DNA of 64,000 nt from Betaproteobacteria bacterium (GTDB lineage Bacteria; Pseudomonadota; Gammaproteobacteria; Burkholderiales; SG8-39), in assembly GCA_947479645.1 (NCBI GenBank), contig CANKAJ010000007.1:559-64558 (forward strand). The letters are read 5' to 3'. The notes beneath the pieces were generated by a model that had not been told where the DNA came from, did not search any database, and was given only the letters and a program-made list of their open reading frames with translations. Numbering within the stretch: the first letter of the stretch is position 1; each line of letters begins with the position of its first letter. Made by a program: the position numbers and the translations under genes. Below, in pieces: positions 29,211 to 37,660 of the stretch.

Positions 29211-30968
29211 CTATTTCTTGTTCGCGGGTTCCTTTGGCGGGTCGCCGCGCATGGCGCGTTCAATGGCCTTTTGCGGATCGTCGTCATCGGCTTCCGCGCC
29301 AGTCTTGTTGGGGTCCTCGCCTGCGGCATTGCCAGACCCGGGCATCTCCTGAATTTCCGGAGGCACTTCGATCTGAATATTCTGGGTGTCGATAATCTGC
29401 TTCTTCGCCAGTCCGCTGGTGACCAGTCCGGGAAAGGCAATGACCAGTGTGACCATGAGAATCTGGATCAACACAAACGGGACTGCTCCCCAATAGATCT
29501 GGCCGGTGGTGACTCTGGGGATGAGTTTTCCGGTGACCTTGTCCACATAGTCCTTGGATGGCGCCACGCTGCGCAGGTAAAACAGCGCGAAGCCAAACGG
29601 CGGATGCATGAATGAAGTCTGCATGTTGATGGCGAGCAGAATGCCAAACCAAACGAGGTCAATCCCGAGCTTGTCAGCCACAGGCCCGAGTAGCGGCACC
29701 AGAATGAAGGACAATTCGAAAAAATCGAGAAAGAACGCCAGCACGAAGACCAGGATGTTGACCGCAATAAGAAATCCCAATTGACCGCCGGGCAGGCTGG
29801 TCAGCAAATGCTCCACCCATATGTGGCCGTCCACGCCATAGAAGGTCAGGCTGAATACACGGGCGCCCAGCAGTATGAAAACCACGAAGCAGGTCAGCCG
29901 GGCAGTTGAGTCCATGGCCTGGCGCAGCAGCGAAAATGACAGGCGACGCCGCGCGATTGCCATGATGAGGGCGCCGGTCGCGCCCATTGCGCCCCCCTCG
30001 GTGGGCGTCGCCACCCCGAGAAAGATGGTGCCCAGCACCAGGAATATCAGCGCCAGGGGCGGGATCAGCACGAAAGTCACGCGCGCCGCGAGTCGCGACA
30101 GCAGGCCCAGTTTAAGCACGTGATTGACCACCGATGCAGCAAAGGCAAAACCAACGCCCGCGGCGGTCGACACCACCAGCACAACGTCGATGGGCGCATC
30201 AGCCGGGTAATGAGTCTGGGCGAACACGACCGCAATCACCGTCGTTACGATGACGAGTGCAATGAGCGAGTTCGTGCCGCTGGCACCGTTGGGTTCCCGC
30301 AGTGTGCGTGCCTCGGGAGGCAGTGCCGGCGCCCAGTCCGGCTTGAGCACGGTAACGCCAATGGCGAACAGCACGTACAAGCCTGTCAGTGTCAGTCCCG
30401 GGATGAATGCGCCCTGGTACAGATCACCCACGGAGCGGCCGAGCTGGTCTGCCATGATGATCAGCACCAGCGATGGCGGGATGATCTGTGCCAGTGTGCC
30501 TGAGGCGGCGATGGTGCCGGATGCAAAGCGGCGGTCATATCCATAGCGCAACATGATGGGCAGTGAAATGAGACCCATGGAAATGACCGATGCGGCCACG
30601 ACACCGGTTGTTGCGGCGAGCAGGGCGCCGACAAAGATCACGGCGAAGGCCAGGCCGCCACGCAGTGGTCCGAACAGCTGGCCAATGGTGTCGAGCAGAT
30701 CCTCGGCCATGCCGCTGCGTTCCAGTATCAATCCCATGAAGGTAAAGAAAGGCACCGCCAGCAGGGTGTCGTTGGACATCACGCCCCAGACCCGTTCGGG
30801 CAAGGCCTGCAACAGTGAAGGTTGCAGCAATCCGAGTTCTATTCCAATCAGGCCAAAGAAAATGCCGGTTGCCGCCAGTGCGAAGGCGACCGGATACCCG
30901 ATCAGCAGCATGAGTATCAGTGCGCCGAACATCAGCGGTGCCATGTTGTGGGTCAGAAATTCGATCAT
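29211..30968 (-). CDS. TRAP transporter large permease (DctM-type) with charged C-terminal tail
   Basis: 585 aa and very hydrophobic. Start overlaps the stop of the small-permease gene by 4 nt. About 60 residues of Pro/Asp/Glu/Lys-rich tail. Confidence 0.85.
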   Translation of the reverse strand: MIEFLTHNMAPLMFGALILMLLIGYPVAFALAATGIFFGLIGIELGLLQPSLLQALPERVWGVMSNDTLLAVPFFTFMGLILERSGMAEDLLDTIGQLFGPLRGGLAFAVIFVGALLAATTGVVAASVISMGLISLPIMLRYGYDRRFASGTIAASGTLAQIIPPSLVLIIMADQLGRSVGDLYQGAFIPGLTLTGLYVLFAIGVTVLKPDWAPALPPEARTLREPNGASGTNSLIALVIVTTVIAVVFAQTHYPADAPIDVVLVVSTAAGVGFAFAASVVNHVLKLGLLSRLAARVTFVLIPPLALIFLVLGTIFLGVATPTEGGAMGATGALIMAIARRRLSFSLLRQAMDSTARLTCFVVFILLGARVFSLTFYGVDGHIWVEHLLTSLPGGQLGFLIAVNILVFVLAFFLDFFELSFILVPLLGPVADKLGIDLVWFGILLAINMQTSFMHPPFGFALFYLRSVAPSKDYVDKVTGKLIPRVTTGQIYWGAVPFVLIQILMVTLVIAFPGLVTSGLAKKQIIDTQNIQIEVPPEIQEMPGSGNAAGEDPNKTGAEADDDDPQKAIERAMRGDPPKEPANKK

Positions 30969-31555
30969 GCCGCTTCTCCGCGTTCACGGCGAATCGCTTC
31001 GGCGAGTTCGGCTTCGGCGTCCGGGGCAACGACCGCTTCAGCGGGATCTGCAATCAGGCCGCGCAGGAATGCAATGCGCTTGATGAGTTCGGAGCCCCCC
31101 TGCAGTATCAATAGAAAAAAACCAACCGGGACCAGCAGCCGCGCCGGCCAGACGGTCAGTCCGCCGGCATTGGTCGAGATTTCATTGTGTTGGTAGGAGT
31201 TCACAAATACCGGCCACGACAGCCACATGATGATGATGGCCATCGGAAACAGGAACAGCAGGGTGCCGAGGATATCGATCCAGGTCTGCGCTTTGCGGGA
31301 CAGGCGCCCCGCGATGATATCGATGCGGATGTGCTGGTTATGCTTCAGGGTGTAACCGGAGGCCAGCAGGAAAATGGCGGAAAACAGGTACCACTGGATC
31401 TCCAGCCAGGCGTTTGAGCTCTGATTGAAGGCATACCGGAAGGTGGCATTGGTTGTACTCACGAGCACGGTCGCCAGGACCAGCCATGACACCAGGCGAC
31501 CGATGCGCTCGTTCAGCCAGTCGACAGTGCGTGAAATATCAAGTAGCAATTTCAA
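30965..31555 (-). CDS. TRAP transporter small permease (DctQ-type)
   Basis: 196 aa with four hydrophobic helices, directly upstream of and overlapping the large permease. TTG start with AGAGAGG SD. Confidence 0.8.
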   Translation of the reverse strand: MKLLLDISRTVDWLNERIGRLVSWLVLATVLVSTTNATFRYAFNQSSNAWLEIQWYLFSAIFLLASGYTLKHNQHIRIDIIAGRLSRKAQTWIDILGTLLFLFPMAIIIMWLSWPVFVNSYQHNEISTNAGGLTVWPARLLVPVGFFLLILQGGSELIKRIAFLRGLIADPAEAVVAPDAEAELAEAIRRERGEAA

Positions 31556-31712
31556 GGGAGCCTCTCTTTGCAGGTACTGCGATCATTTTGTTCTGAAAGC
31601 CAGACCAGGGCAGGCCATCAACACCATAATAAGGCCGCTGGATTGTCCCTTACTTCGAGGGGGCTTGGCAAAACATGTCTTTCGCGTATCCTCACAGATT
31701 GGTTGAATTTTA

Positions 31713-32711
31713 ATGGGAGTATGGATCGTGACGATGACATTCACCCCTGCCGCATTTTTCTCTGCTCTGGTGCTCGCGGCAGGCACCCTGTCCGGCGCTG
31801 CGTTTGGGCAGGCCTATCCGGCCAAGCCAGTGCGCTTCATTTACCCTTATGCCCCGGGTGGAACCACGGAATTTCTGGCAAGGCAGATTGGCACCAAGCT
31901 GCAGCAGTCCCTCGGGCAGCCGTTTCTGGTCGAGTCCAAGCCCGGTGCCGGCGGTAACGTGGGCACGGACATTGTGGTCAAATCGCCAGCCGACGGCTAT
32001 ACCATCCTGCTCGGCGCAAGCGGACCGCTGGCGATCAATGTCACGCTGTTCAAGGCACTGCCCTACGACCCGACTGTCGATCTGGTTCCAATCATTCATG
32101 CCGCGTCGGTGCCGCTGGTGCTGGTTTCCAATCCGTCGTTCCAGGCCAAGTCGGTAAAGGAACTGCTCGAGATGCTGAAGGCCAAGCCGGATAATTATCC
32201 TTACGCGTCGGCCGGCATTGGTACTCCGCAGCATTTGTCAGCCGAGTTATTCAAGCTGATGACCGGCGTGAAGGCGACCCATGTGCCCTATAAGGGCAGC
32301 GGGCCGGCTGTTGTTGATCTGATTGGCGGGCAGGTTCCGTTCGGTTTCGAAAGCATGCTGGTGGTGCTGTCTCAGATCAAGGGCGGAAAACTTCGCGCCA
32401 TCGCCATGACGGACAGCAAACGCTCGCCATTGATACCGGACGTGCCGACCGTGGCCGAGGCAGGTGTGCCAGGATATGAAGCGATTGCCTGGTATGGGGT
32501 AATGGCGCCAAAGGGCACGCCGGGGCAGATCGTGACGCTGCTGAATTCGGAAATGCGCAAGGCGCTGACTTCCCCGGACGTCAAGGCCTGGTTGCAGGAG
32601 CAGGGTTCTTCCGATGTTGCCGGCACGCCCCAGCAATTTGGCAATTTCATCAAAGCTGAAATTGCCAAGTGGGGCAAGGTGGTGAAGGCCTCGGGAGCCA
32701 GTGCCGATTAG
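31713..32711 (+). CDS. Bug-family (TctC-like) tripartite tricarboxylate transporter substrate-binding protein
   Basis: YPAKPVRFIYPYAPGGTTEFLARQIG, YASAGIGTPQHL and HVPYKGSGPA are Bug hallmarks. True start may be GTG 31728 or ATG 31734. Confidence 0.85.
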   Translation: MGVWIVTMTFTPAAFFSALVLAAGTLSGAAFGQAYPAKPVRFIYPYAPGGTTEFLARQIGTKLQQSLGQPFLVESKPGAGGNVGTDIVVKSPADGYTILLGASGPLAINVTLFKALPYDPTVDLVPIIHAASVPLVLVSNPSFQAKSVKELLEMLKAKPDNYPYASAGIGTPQHLSAELFKLMTGVKATHVPYKGSGPAVVDLIGGQVPFGFESMLVVLSQIKGGKLRAIAMTDSKRSPLIPDVPTVAEAGVPGYEAIAWYGVMAPKGTPGQIVTLLNSEMRKALTSPDVKAWLQEQGSSDVAGTPQQFGNFIKAEIAKWGKVVKASGASAD

Positions 32712-32830
32712 TTGGCAATCAGCAAGCTGAACGCCCCGGCCGTGTGGACTGTTGGAATAACCAATGGCCGCGTGTTGTTCATTCACATCCGGACGGTGAT
32801 CCGGCAAACAGTCTTTAGGAGGAAGTCGAC

Positions 32831-33670
32831 GTGAGAATGCATTTTGCAAAGGGTGTCGTAACAGTCTTGTTGCTGGTTGTTGCTTGCGCGTCCTGGGGGC
32901 AGCCATCCAAGAATGGTGAGTTCACGCCGCAGGTCGGGCAGGCTGGCAAGGATGTGATCTGGGTGCCGACACCGGATGAACTGGTGGAGCGCATGCTGCG
33001 CATGGCACAGACGACTTCCAGTGACTTCGTCATGGATCTGGGTTCTGGCGACGGCCGCACCGTCATTGCAGCAGCCAAGAAATTTGGCGCCAAGGCCACG
33101 GGCATAGAATACAACCCTGAAATGGTGGCACTGAGCCAGCGCAACGCGCAGCGCGAAGGCGTCACGACGATGGTGTCCTTCATGAAGGCGGATTTGTTCG
33201 AAACTGATTTTTCCCAGGCAACCGTCATTACCATGTACCTGCTGCCCGGCATCAATGCCAAACTGAAGCCGAAGATTCTGAACCTGAAGCCCGGCCTGCG
33301 CGTGGTTTCACATGCCTTCGACATGGAAGACTGGCAGCCCGATCAGATCGATTCCGTTGACGGCCGTCGTGCCATGCTGTGGATTGTGCCCGCCAAGGTT
33401 GGTGGAACCTGGAAATTGCGCATTGGTGAAGGTGCCGACAACGATCTGTCCCTGACCCAGCGTTATCAGGTGCTGGAGGGTTCATTGCGTCAGGGAAAAC
33501 TGAGTGCGGGGCTGCGCGAACCGCGTCTGTCCGGTGATCGCATCAGTTTTTCGCTGATGGACTTGTCCGGCTCACCGCAGACTTTTACCGGGCGTGTGAC
33601 CGGCGACAGCATGAGCGGGACGGTGCGTTCGGCAACGGGGGCGGAGACGCGCTGGAGTGCCAAACGCTGA
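32831..33670 (+). CDS. class-I SAM methyltransferase, FAM173/ATPSCKMT-like, with export-type N-terminus (paralog 1)
   Basis: Hydrophobic N-terminus MRMHFAKGVVTVLLLVVACASWGQ. SAM motif I VMDLGSGDGRTVIAAAKKFG, motif II GIEYNP. About 100-aa C-terminal extension. GTG 32831 lies 9 nt after AGGAGG. Clearly paralogous to 39560..40423. Confidence 0.75.
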   Translation: MRMHFAKGVVTVLLLVVACASWGQPSKNGEFTPQVGQAGKDVIWVPTPDELVERMLRMAQTTSSDFVMDLGSGDGRTVIAAAKKFGAKATGIEYNPEMVALSQRNAQREGVTTMVSFMKADLFETDFSQATVITMYLLPGINAKLKPKILNLKPGLRVVSHAFDMEDWQPDQIDSVDGRRAMLWIVPAKVGGTWKLRIGEGADNDLSLTQRYQVLEGSLRQGKLSAGLREPRLSGDRISFSLMDLSGSPQTFTGRVTGDSMSGTVRSATGAETRWSAKR

Positions 33671-33690
33671 GACACCCGGCACGAGCCCAA

Positions 33691-33716
33691 AAAAGCCCGC
33701 AATGCGGGTTTTTTTT
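33691..33716 (+). terminator. rho-independent terminator
   Basis: AAAAGCCCGC-AAT-GCGGGTTTTTTTT. Confidence 0.85.
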
Positions 33717-33730
33717 GAGTCCTGATTGAA

Positions 33731-33759
33731 CCGCAGATTCCTTATGCGTGGAATGACAC
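33731..33759. repeat. half copy (right arm) of the nested-palindrome repeat family, copy B
   Basis: GCAGATTCC..TTATGCGT..GGAATGACA aligns with CAGCAGATTCCTCACTACGTTCGGAATGACA of copy A. Confidence 0.6.
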
Positions 33760-33799
33760 GTTGGTCCGTTGGTCCGTTGGTCAGATGGTCAGATGGTCA
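33760..33799. repeat. five-unit tandem octamer (GTTGGTCC x2, GTTGGTCA, GATGGTCA x2)
   Basis: Read directly from the sequence. Lies 15 nt downstream of the stop of the minus-strand oxidoreductase gene. Confidence 0.9.
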
Positions 33800-33814
33800 T
33801 TTTGAAATGAGCCC

Positions 33815-35410
33815 TTAGCGCTTCATGTCTTTCAATATTTCCCGTGCCGCATTATGGCCAGGCGCACCGGTCACACCGCCGCCGGGATGGGCGCCGGCGC
33901 CGCACAGGTAAAGCCCCTTTACGGGCGAGCGGTAATCAGCGTAACCCAGCACCGGCCGCGCGGAGAACAATTGGTCCAGCGACAATCGACCATGCATGAT
34001 GTCCCCGCCGACCAGGCCGAACTGACGCTCCAGGTCCAGTGGCGACAGTATCTGGCGCGCAATGATGCTGCGCCTGAAGTTGGGTGCATACCGGGTCACG
34101 GTATCGATGATGAGGTCGGCGGCTTCATCGCGCCGGTCGTCCCAGCTGCGACCATCCGGCAACCGCGGATTGAACTGCTGGCAGAACAGACTGGCCACAT
34201 GCTGACCGGGCGGTGCCAGCGTATCGTCCAGCGTGCTGGGGATGAGGACTTCGATGACCGGTTCGCGTGACATGCCCGAGTGCCTGGCGTCGTCGTAGGC
34301 GCGTTCCAGATAGGCGAGCGATGGTCCGATGATGATGCCCGATGAATGATGCGGCTGCGGCTGTGTGCCGGGTGCGCAGTTGAAGTCGGGCAGTTCGGAC
34401 AGGGCAACATTCATGCGGAAGGATCCCGAAGCGCATTGCCAACGGGTCATGCGCTCGCGAAAGTCCGTTTCCAGTTCGTCCGGGTCGACCAGGTCCAGGT
34501 ACAGCAATTTCGGATTGAGATTGCCGATTACGGCTCGCGCCCTGATTTCGCTCCCGTCGGCAAGCACGACGCCTTTGGCCTGGCGATCCTTGCTTAAAAC
34601 CTTCACTACCGCCGAGTCGGTGCTGATCTCCACGCCGTGGACGCGCGCCTCGGTCGCCAGCGCCTGGGTGATGGCGCCCATTCCGCCGATGGCATGTCCC
34701 CAGGTACCGAGTTTGCCATTGACTTCGCCAAAGGCATGATGCAACAACACGTAGGCCGAGCCGGCAGAATAGGGACTGGCGAAATTGCCCACCACGGAGT
34801 CGAAGCCGAATGCGGCTTTGATCGGGTCGCTTTCGAACCAGTAATCGAGCATTTCCCCTGCGCTGCGCGTGAACAGTTCGAGCAGATCGCGTCGCGCTGG
34901 CATGTCCAGGGTCTTGAGTCGCAGCCCCAGGGCCATACCGCGACCCAGATCGGTCAATCCCCCTCCCACATTGGGTGGGGTGCGCAGCACCGAGTCCCGC
35001 AGCACCGCCGTCACGCGCTCAAGCATGGCGTAATAGTCGGGCAGTCGCGCTGCATCGCGCGCGGAAAAACGCGACAGTTCGCGCTGCGTGGCGGCCGTAT
35101 CGGGTCCGAGTCGGAAGCTGCCGCCATCCGGTAGCGGCAGGAAGTTGGAGAAGGGGCGCTCCACTACGCGCAGGCCATGTTCGCGCAGCTTCAACTCGGC
35201 GATGATCCTGGGATTGAGCAGGCTTACTGTGTACGCAGCGACCGAATTCCGGAACCCGGGACTGAATTCTTCGGTGACGGCTGCGCCGCCGATGACGCTG
35301 CGCCGTTCCAGAACACGGACTTTGAGTCCGGCACGCGCAAGATAACAGGCACAGACCAGCCCATTGTGGCCGGCGCCAATGATGATGGCATCATAGTTAG
35401 CGGTATTCAT
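33815..35410 (-). CDS. FAD/NAD(P)-dependent oxidoreductase, phytoene-desaturase (CrtI) family
   Basis: MNTANYDAIIIGAGHNGLVCACYLARAGLKVRVLERR dinucleotide fold. C-terminal LYLCGAGAHPGGGVTGAPG. ATG 35410. Confidence 0.85.
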   Translation of the reverse strand: MNTANYDAIIIGAGHNGLVCACYLARAGLKVRVLERRSVIGGAAVTEEFSPGFRNSVAAYTVSLLNPRIIAELKLREHGLRVVERPFSNFLPLPDGGSFRLGPDTAATQRELSRFSARDAARLPDYYAMLERVTAVLRDSVLRTPPNVGGGLTDLGRGMALGLRLKTLDMPARRDLLELFTRSAGEMLDYWFESDPIKAAFGFDSVVGNFASPYSAGSAYVLLHHAFGEVNGKLGTWGHAIGGMGAITQALATEARVHGVEISTDSAVVKVLSKDRQAKGVVLADGSEIRARAVIGNLNPKLLYLDLVDPDELETDFRERMTRWQCASGSFRMNVALSELPDFNCAPGTQPQPHHSSGIIIGPSLAYLERAYDDARHSGMSREPVIEVLIPSTLDDTLAPPGQHVASLFCQQFNPRLPDGRSWDDRRDEAADLIIDTVTRYAPNFRRSIIARQILSPLDLERQFGLVGGDIMHGRLSLDQLFSARPVLGYADYRSPVKGLYLCGAGAHPGGGVTGAPGHNAAREILKDMKR

Positions 35411-35721
35411 GTGCTTTTGGAAGCATGAATCACGAGTGGATCTGCATGTGGCCAGCGACTGCACCATGCGCAGTCGCTGTGATCCTGTGACCAGATGATT
35501 TCATGGTGATGAAAGCCCCGGATGGAATGATCCGAAGCATACCGCAACAATGGATTGATTCCGTTGCGCCACTTCACTGAGCACAGAGCACTGGTATATG
35601 GGCTCTCACTTTCATTGATTCTGCGCGAGGCCCTGCTGTGCGTTGTCGTCAAACTCCCGTCAAACAGGTGCCCCTGCCAGCCCAGCACCATGCGTGAGGA
35701 AAATAAGTTGTGGGTTTGGAT

Positions 35722-35931
35722 TTATCCCCAGGCGACTTCTGCACGTCGGTTGGTACGCGTCTTTACGACGGGCTTTTCCTTGTCCGAGGAAAAAGCTTTT
35801 ACCACCACCTTGGGCAATTCCAGCTTGGCGATGCGCTCGGCCGCAGCGTAGATTTGTGCGGGATCGACCAGCAACGCAAAAGGCCGGTTGCTTTGTGTGA
35901 CGTTGATGCTCTCTGCAATGGACTCGTCCAT
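35722..35931 (-). CDS. small hypothetical protein (69 aa) with a Phd/YefM-like core segment
   Basis: ATG 35931 with TGGAG SD 5 nt upstream. INVTQSNRPFALLVDPAQIY resembles the YefM core ILITRQNGEACVLMSLEEY, but the usual N-terminal strand is missing. Lies in a lower-GC tract. Confidence 0.35.
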   Translation of the reverse strand: MDESIAESINVTQSNRPFALLVDPAQIYAAAERIAKLELPKVVVKAFSSDKEKPVVKTRTNRRAEVAWG

Positions 35932-35948
35932 GAAATACTCCAGTTTGT

Positions 35949-36257
35949 TTATAACGATGGCACGTTGAGCCTTCCGTGGTGATGATGATGTTCATCAATC
36001 CCGACTTGCTCATATTCCCTTAAGCAAAGCCCGTTCCACTGTCTCGCGGCGCTGCGGATGTCGAAAGCAAGCCGAATTTCCTGGGGCCAAAATTTCAGTC
36101 TGTCAGCCCGGCTTATCATCGCTCCGCGATACCTCATATAACGTGTGATCAAGCGTTTCCGATGACATGCTTTGGTAAAGTCTTTGGTGGCACCAATTTG
36201 GAGCGGATTGCACGGTGTTACTGCGTATTGGATCGTGATTGGTTCATACAAGTTCAC
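35949..36257 (-). CDS. hypothetical ORF (102 aa, GTG start), doubtful
   Basis: Open frame only. No recognisable motif, no SD. Ends in HHHHHGRLNVPSL, 17 nt before the 69-aa ORF. Confidence 0.2.
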   Translation of the reverse strand: MNLYEPITIQYAVTPCNPLQIGATKDFTKACHRKRLITRYMRYRGAMISRADRLKFWPQEIRLAFDIRSAARQWNGLCLREYEQVGIDEHHHHHGRLNVPSL

Positions 36258-36299
36258 ACAACATCGCGCTGAAGCGAGGCGCCGCTGAGCAGAGAGCGG

Positions 36300-37268
36300 T
36301 CACAAGGTGCGGTCTGTTTTGTCGATCTGCTGTCTTCCCTTGCCCTGACTCGAAGCGGTGAAGGCTTCCCCGGGTCCGGGCAACGGAAACATGGCGGCAA
36401 CAAAATCGGTAAAGGCGCGCACCTTGGCCGATAAATGGCGGGTCTGAGGATAAATGACCGACCAGGGAACCGTCGGTGTTGTCCAGTCCGGCAGGAGCGG
36501 TACCAACTGGCGGGCATTGATGGCGCGGCTGACCGATATGTCCAGCAGATAAATTATCCCCTCGCCATAAAGGGCGGCTTCCACCAGTGCGTCAGCGCTG
36601 TTGATGTTGATACGACCGTCGGGTTCGTGAGTGTGGCTTGCCCCGTCGCGCTCGAATCGCCATGGGGACACTTGCTCGGTATTGAGTGAATAGAATCCCA
36701 GGCAGCGAAAGCGCGTCAGGTCGCGTGGTGACTCAGGCTCGCCGTAGCGGGCGATGAAGGCGGGTGATGCACAGGCCACATAGCGGGCCTCGTAGACACG
36801 CCTTGCCACCAGCGTGGATTCCTCGAGGTCGCCGGTTCGTACGGCAGCATCAATGCCTGCTTCGATCAGATCGACGCGTCGGTCGGTCATCGTGACCGTG
36901 ATCTGCAGGTCGGGGTGCTGCTCCAGAAATTCGGGTAGCGCGGGAATGAAATACAAGCGCCCGAATGCGGTGGGCAGGTCTACACGCAACAGGCCCTGAG
37001 GTTGGGTGCGCGATCGCGCCAGCGCGCTTTCGGTTTCCTCGACTTGGGCCAGGATTCGCCTGCAGCGCTCGTAATACGCTGCACCATCGTCGGTCAGGTG
37101 CATGCGTCGTGTCGTGCGGTTGATGAGGCGCACTCCCAGATGTCCTTCAAGATTGCGCACGAGTGTCGATACGGCCGCATTGGACAGTTTCAGCCGGCGG
37201 GCGGCCAGCGTAAAACTGCCGGCATCCACGACGCTGGTAAATACTTGCATTGCCAGAAATCGATCCAT
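36300..37268 (-). CDS. LysR-family transcriptional regulator
   Basis: N-terminal wHTH MDRFLAMQVFTSVVDAGSFTLAARRLKLSNAAVSTLVRNLE plus a LysR substrate-binding domain. Confidence 0.92.
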   Translation of the reverse strand: MDRFLAMQVFTSVVDAGSFTLAARRLKLSNAAVSTLVRNLEGHLGVRLINRTTRRMHLTDDGAAYYERCRRILAQVEETESALARSRTQPQGLLRVDLPTAFGRLYFIPALPEFLEQHPDLQITVTMTDRRVDLIEAGIDAAVRTGDLEESTLVARRVYEARYVACASPAFIARYGEPESPRDLTRFRCLGFYSLNTEQVSPWRFERDGASHTHEPDGRININSADALVEAALYGEGIIYLLDISVSRAINARQLVPLLPDWTTPTVPWSVIYPQTRHLSAKVRAFTDFVAAMFPLPGPGEAFTASSQGKGRQQIDKTDRTL

Positions 37269-37288
37269 ACGGGTGGCGGTCCTGATTA

Positions 37289-37303
37289 TTCACGATTTGT
37301 GAA
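37289..37303. promoter_or_regulatory. LysR-type T-N11-A box (TTCAC-N5-GTGAA)
   Basis: TTCACGATTTGTGAA lies 21 nt upstream of the LysR start codon, in the divergent promoter region. Confidence 0.6.
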
Positions 37304-37423
37304 AAGTAATTTCAATTCTAGTCTATTTATCAGCCGTATCGGAAGTGTTATATTGCATCGCAGCAATGGGGGCGTTGAAAACACCAAATCAACGTGGGCG
37401 TTAGCGGTAAAGGCATATTAAAA

Positions 37424-37660
37424 ATGAGATGGTTTGAATTAGGGCTTGAGGCACGTTGGATCAGCGCAATTGCGCTGCTGGGTTCGGTTGTCCCGGCGTC
37501 TGCCTTTGCGGGTTTTTCGAAGCCGTTAAATGATTTGCCAGAGCGCCTGGGTACCGGCGTTTTCGCGATCGATAACGATTGGTCTCTGTTTGGCTTGGTC
37601 GGTTTGGTGTTTGTTATTGGATTGCTCGCGGTTTTTCATCGTCGCGACCGGTTGAAGTAG
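37424..37660 (+). CDS. small secreted protein with C-terminal TM helix and basic tail (78 aa)
   Basis: Signal-like ISAIALLGSVVPASAFA. C-terminus DNDWSLFGLVGLVFVIGLLAVFHRRDRLK. Divergent from LysR. Weak SD. Confidence 0.4.
   Translation: MRWFELGLEARWISAIALLGSVVPASAFAGFSKPLNDLPERLGTGVFAIDNDWSLFGLVGLVFVIGLLAVFHRRDRLK

Noticed and set aside
33760-33799. Tandem repeats here, and at 40531..40578, 9414..9443 and 52806..52829, as possible CRISPR arrays
   Set aside because: The units are 8-15 bp with no spacers and no cas genes are nearby. They are simple tandem duplications.
35407-35691. 94-aa minus-strand ORF as the toxin partner of the Phd/YefM-like small ORF
   Set aside because: No resemblance to RelE, ParE, YoeB or Doc folds by eye, no SD, and it reads through the start codon of the CrtI-like gene.
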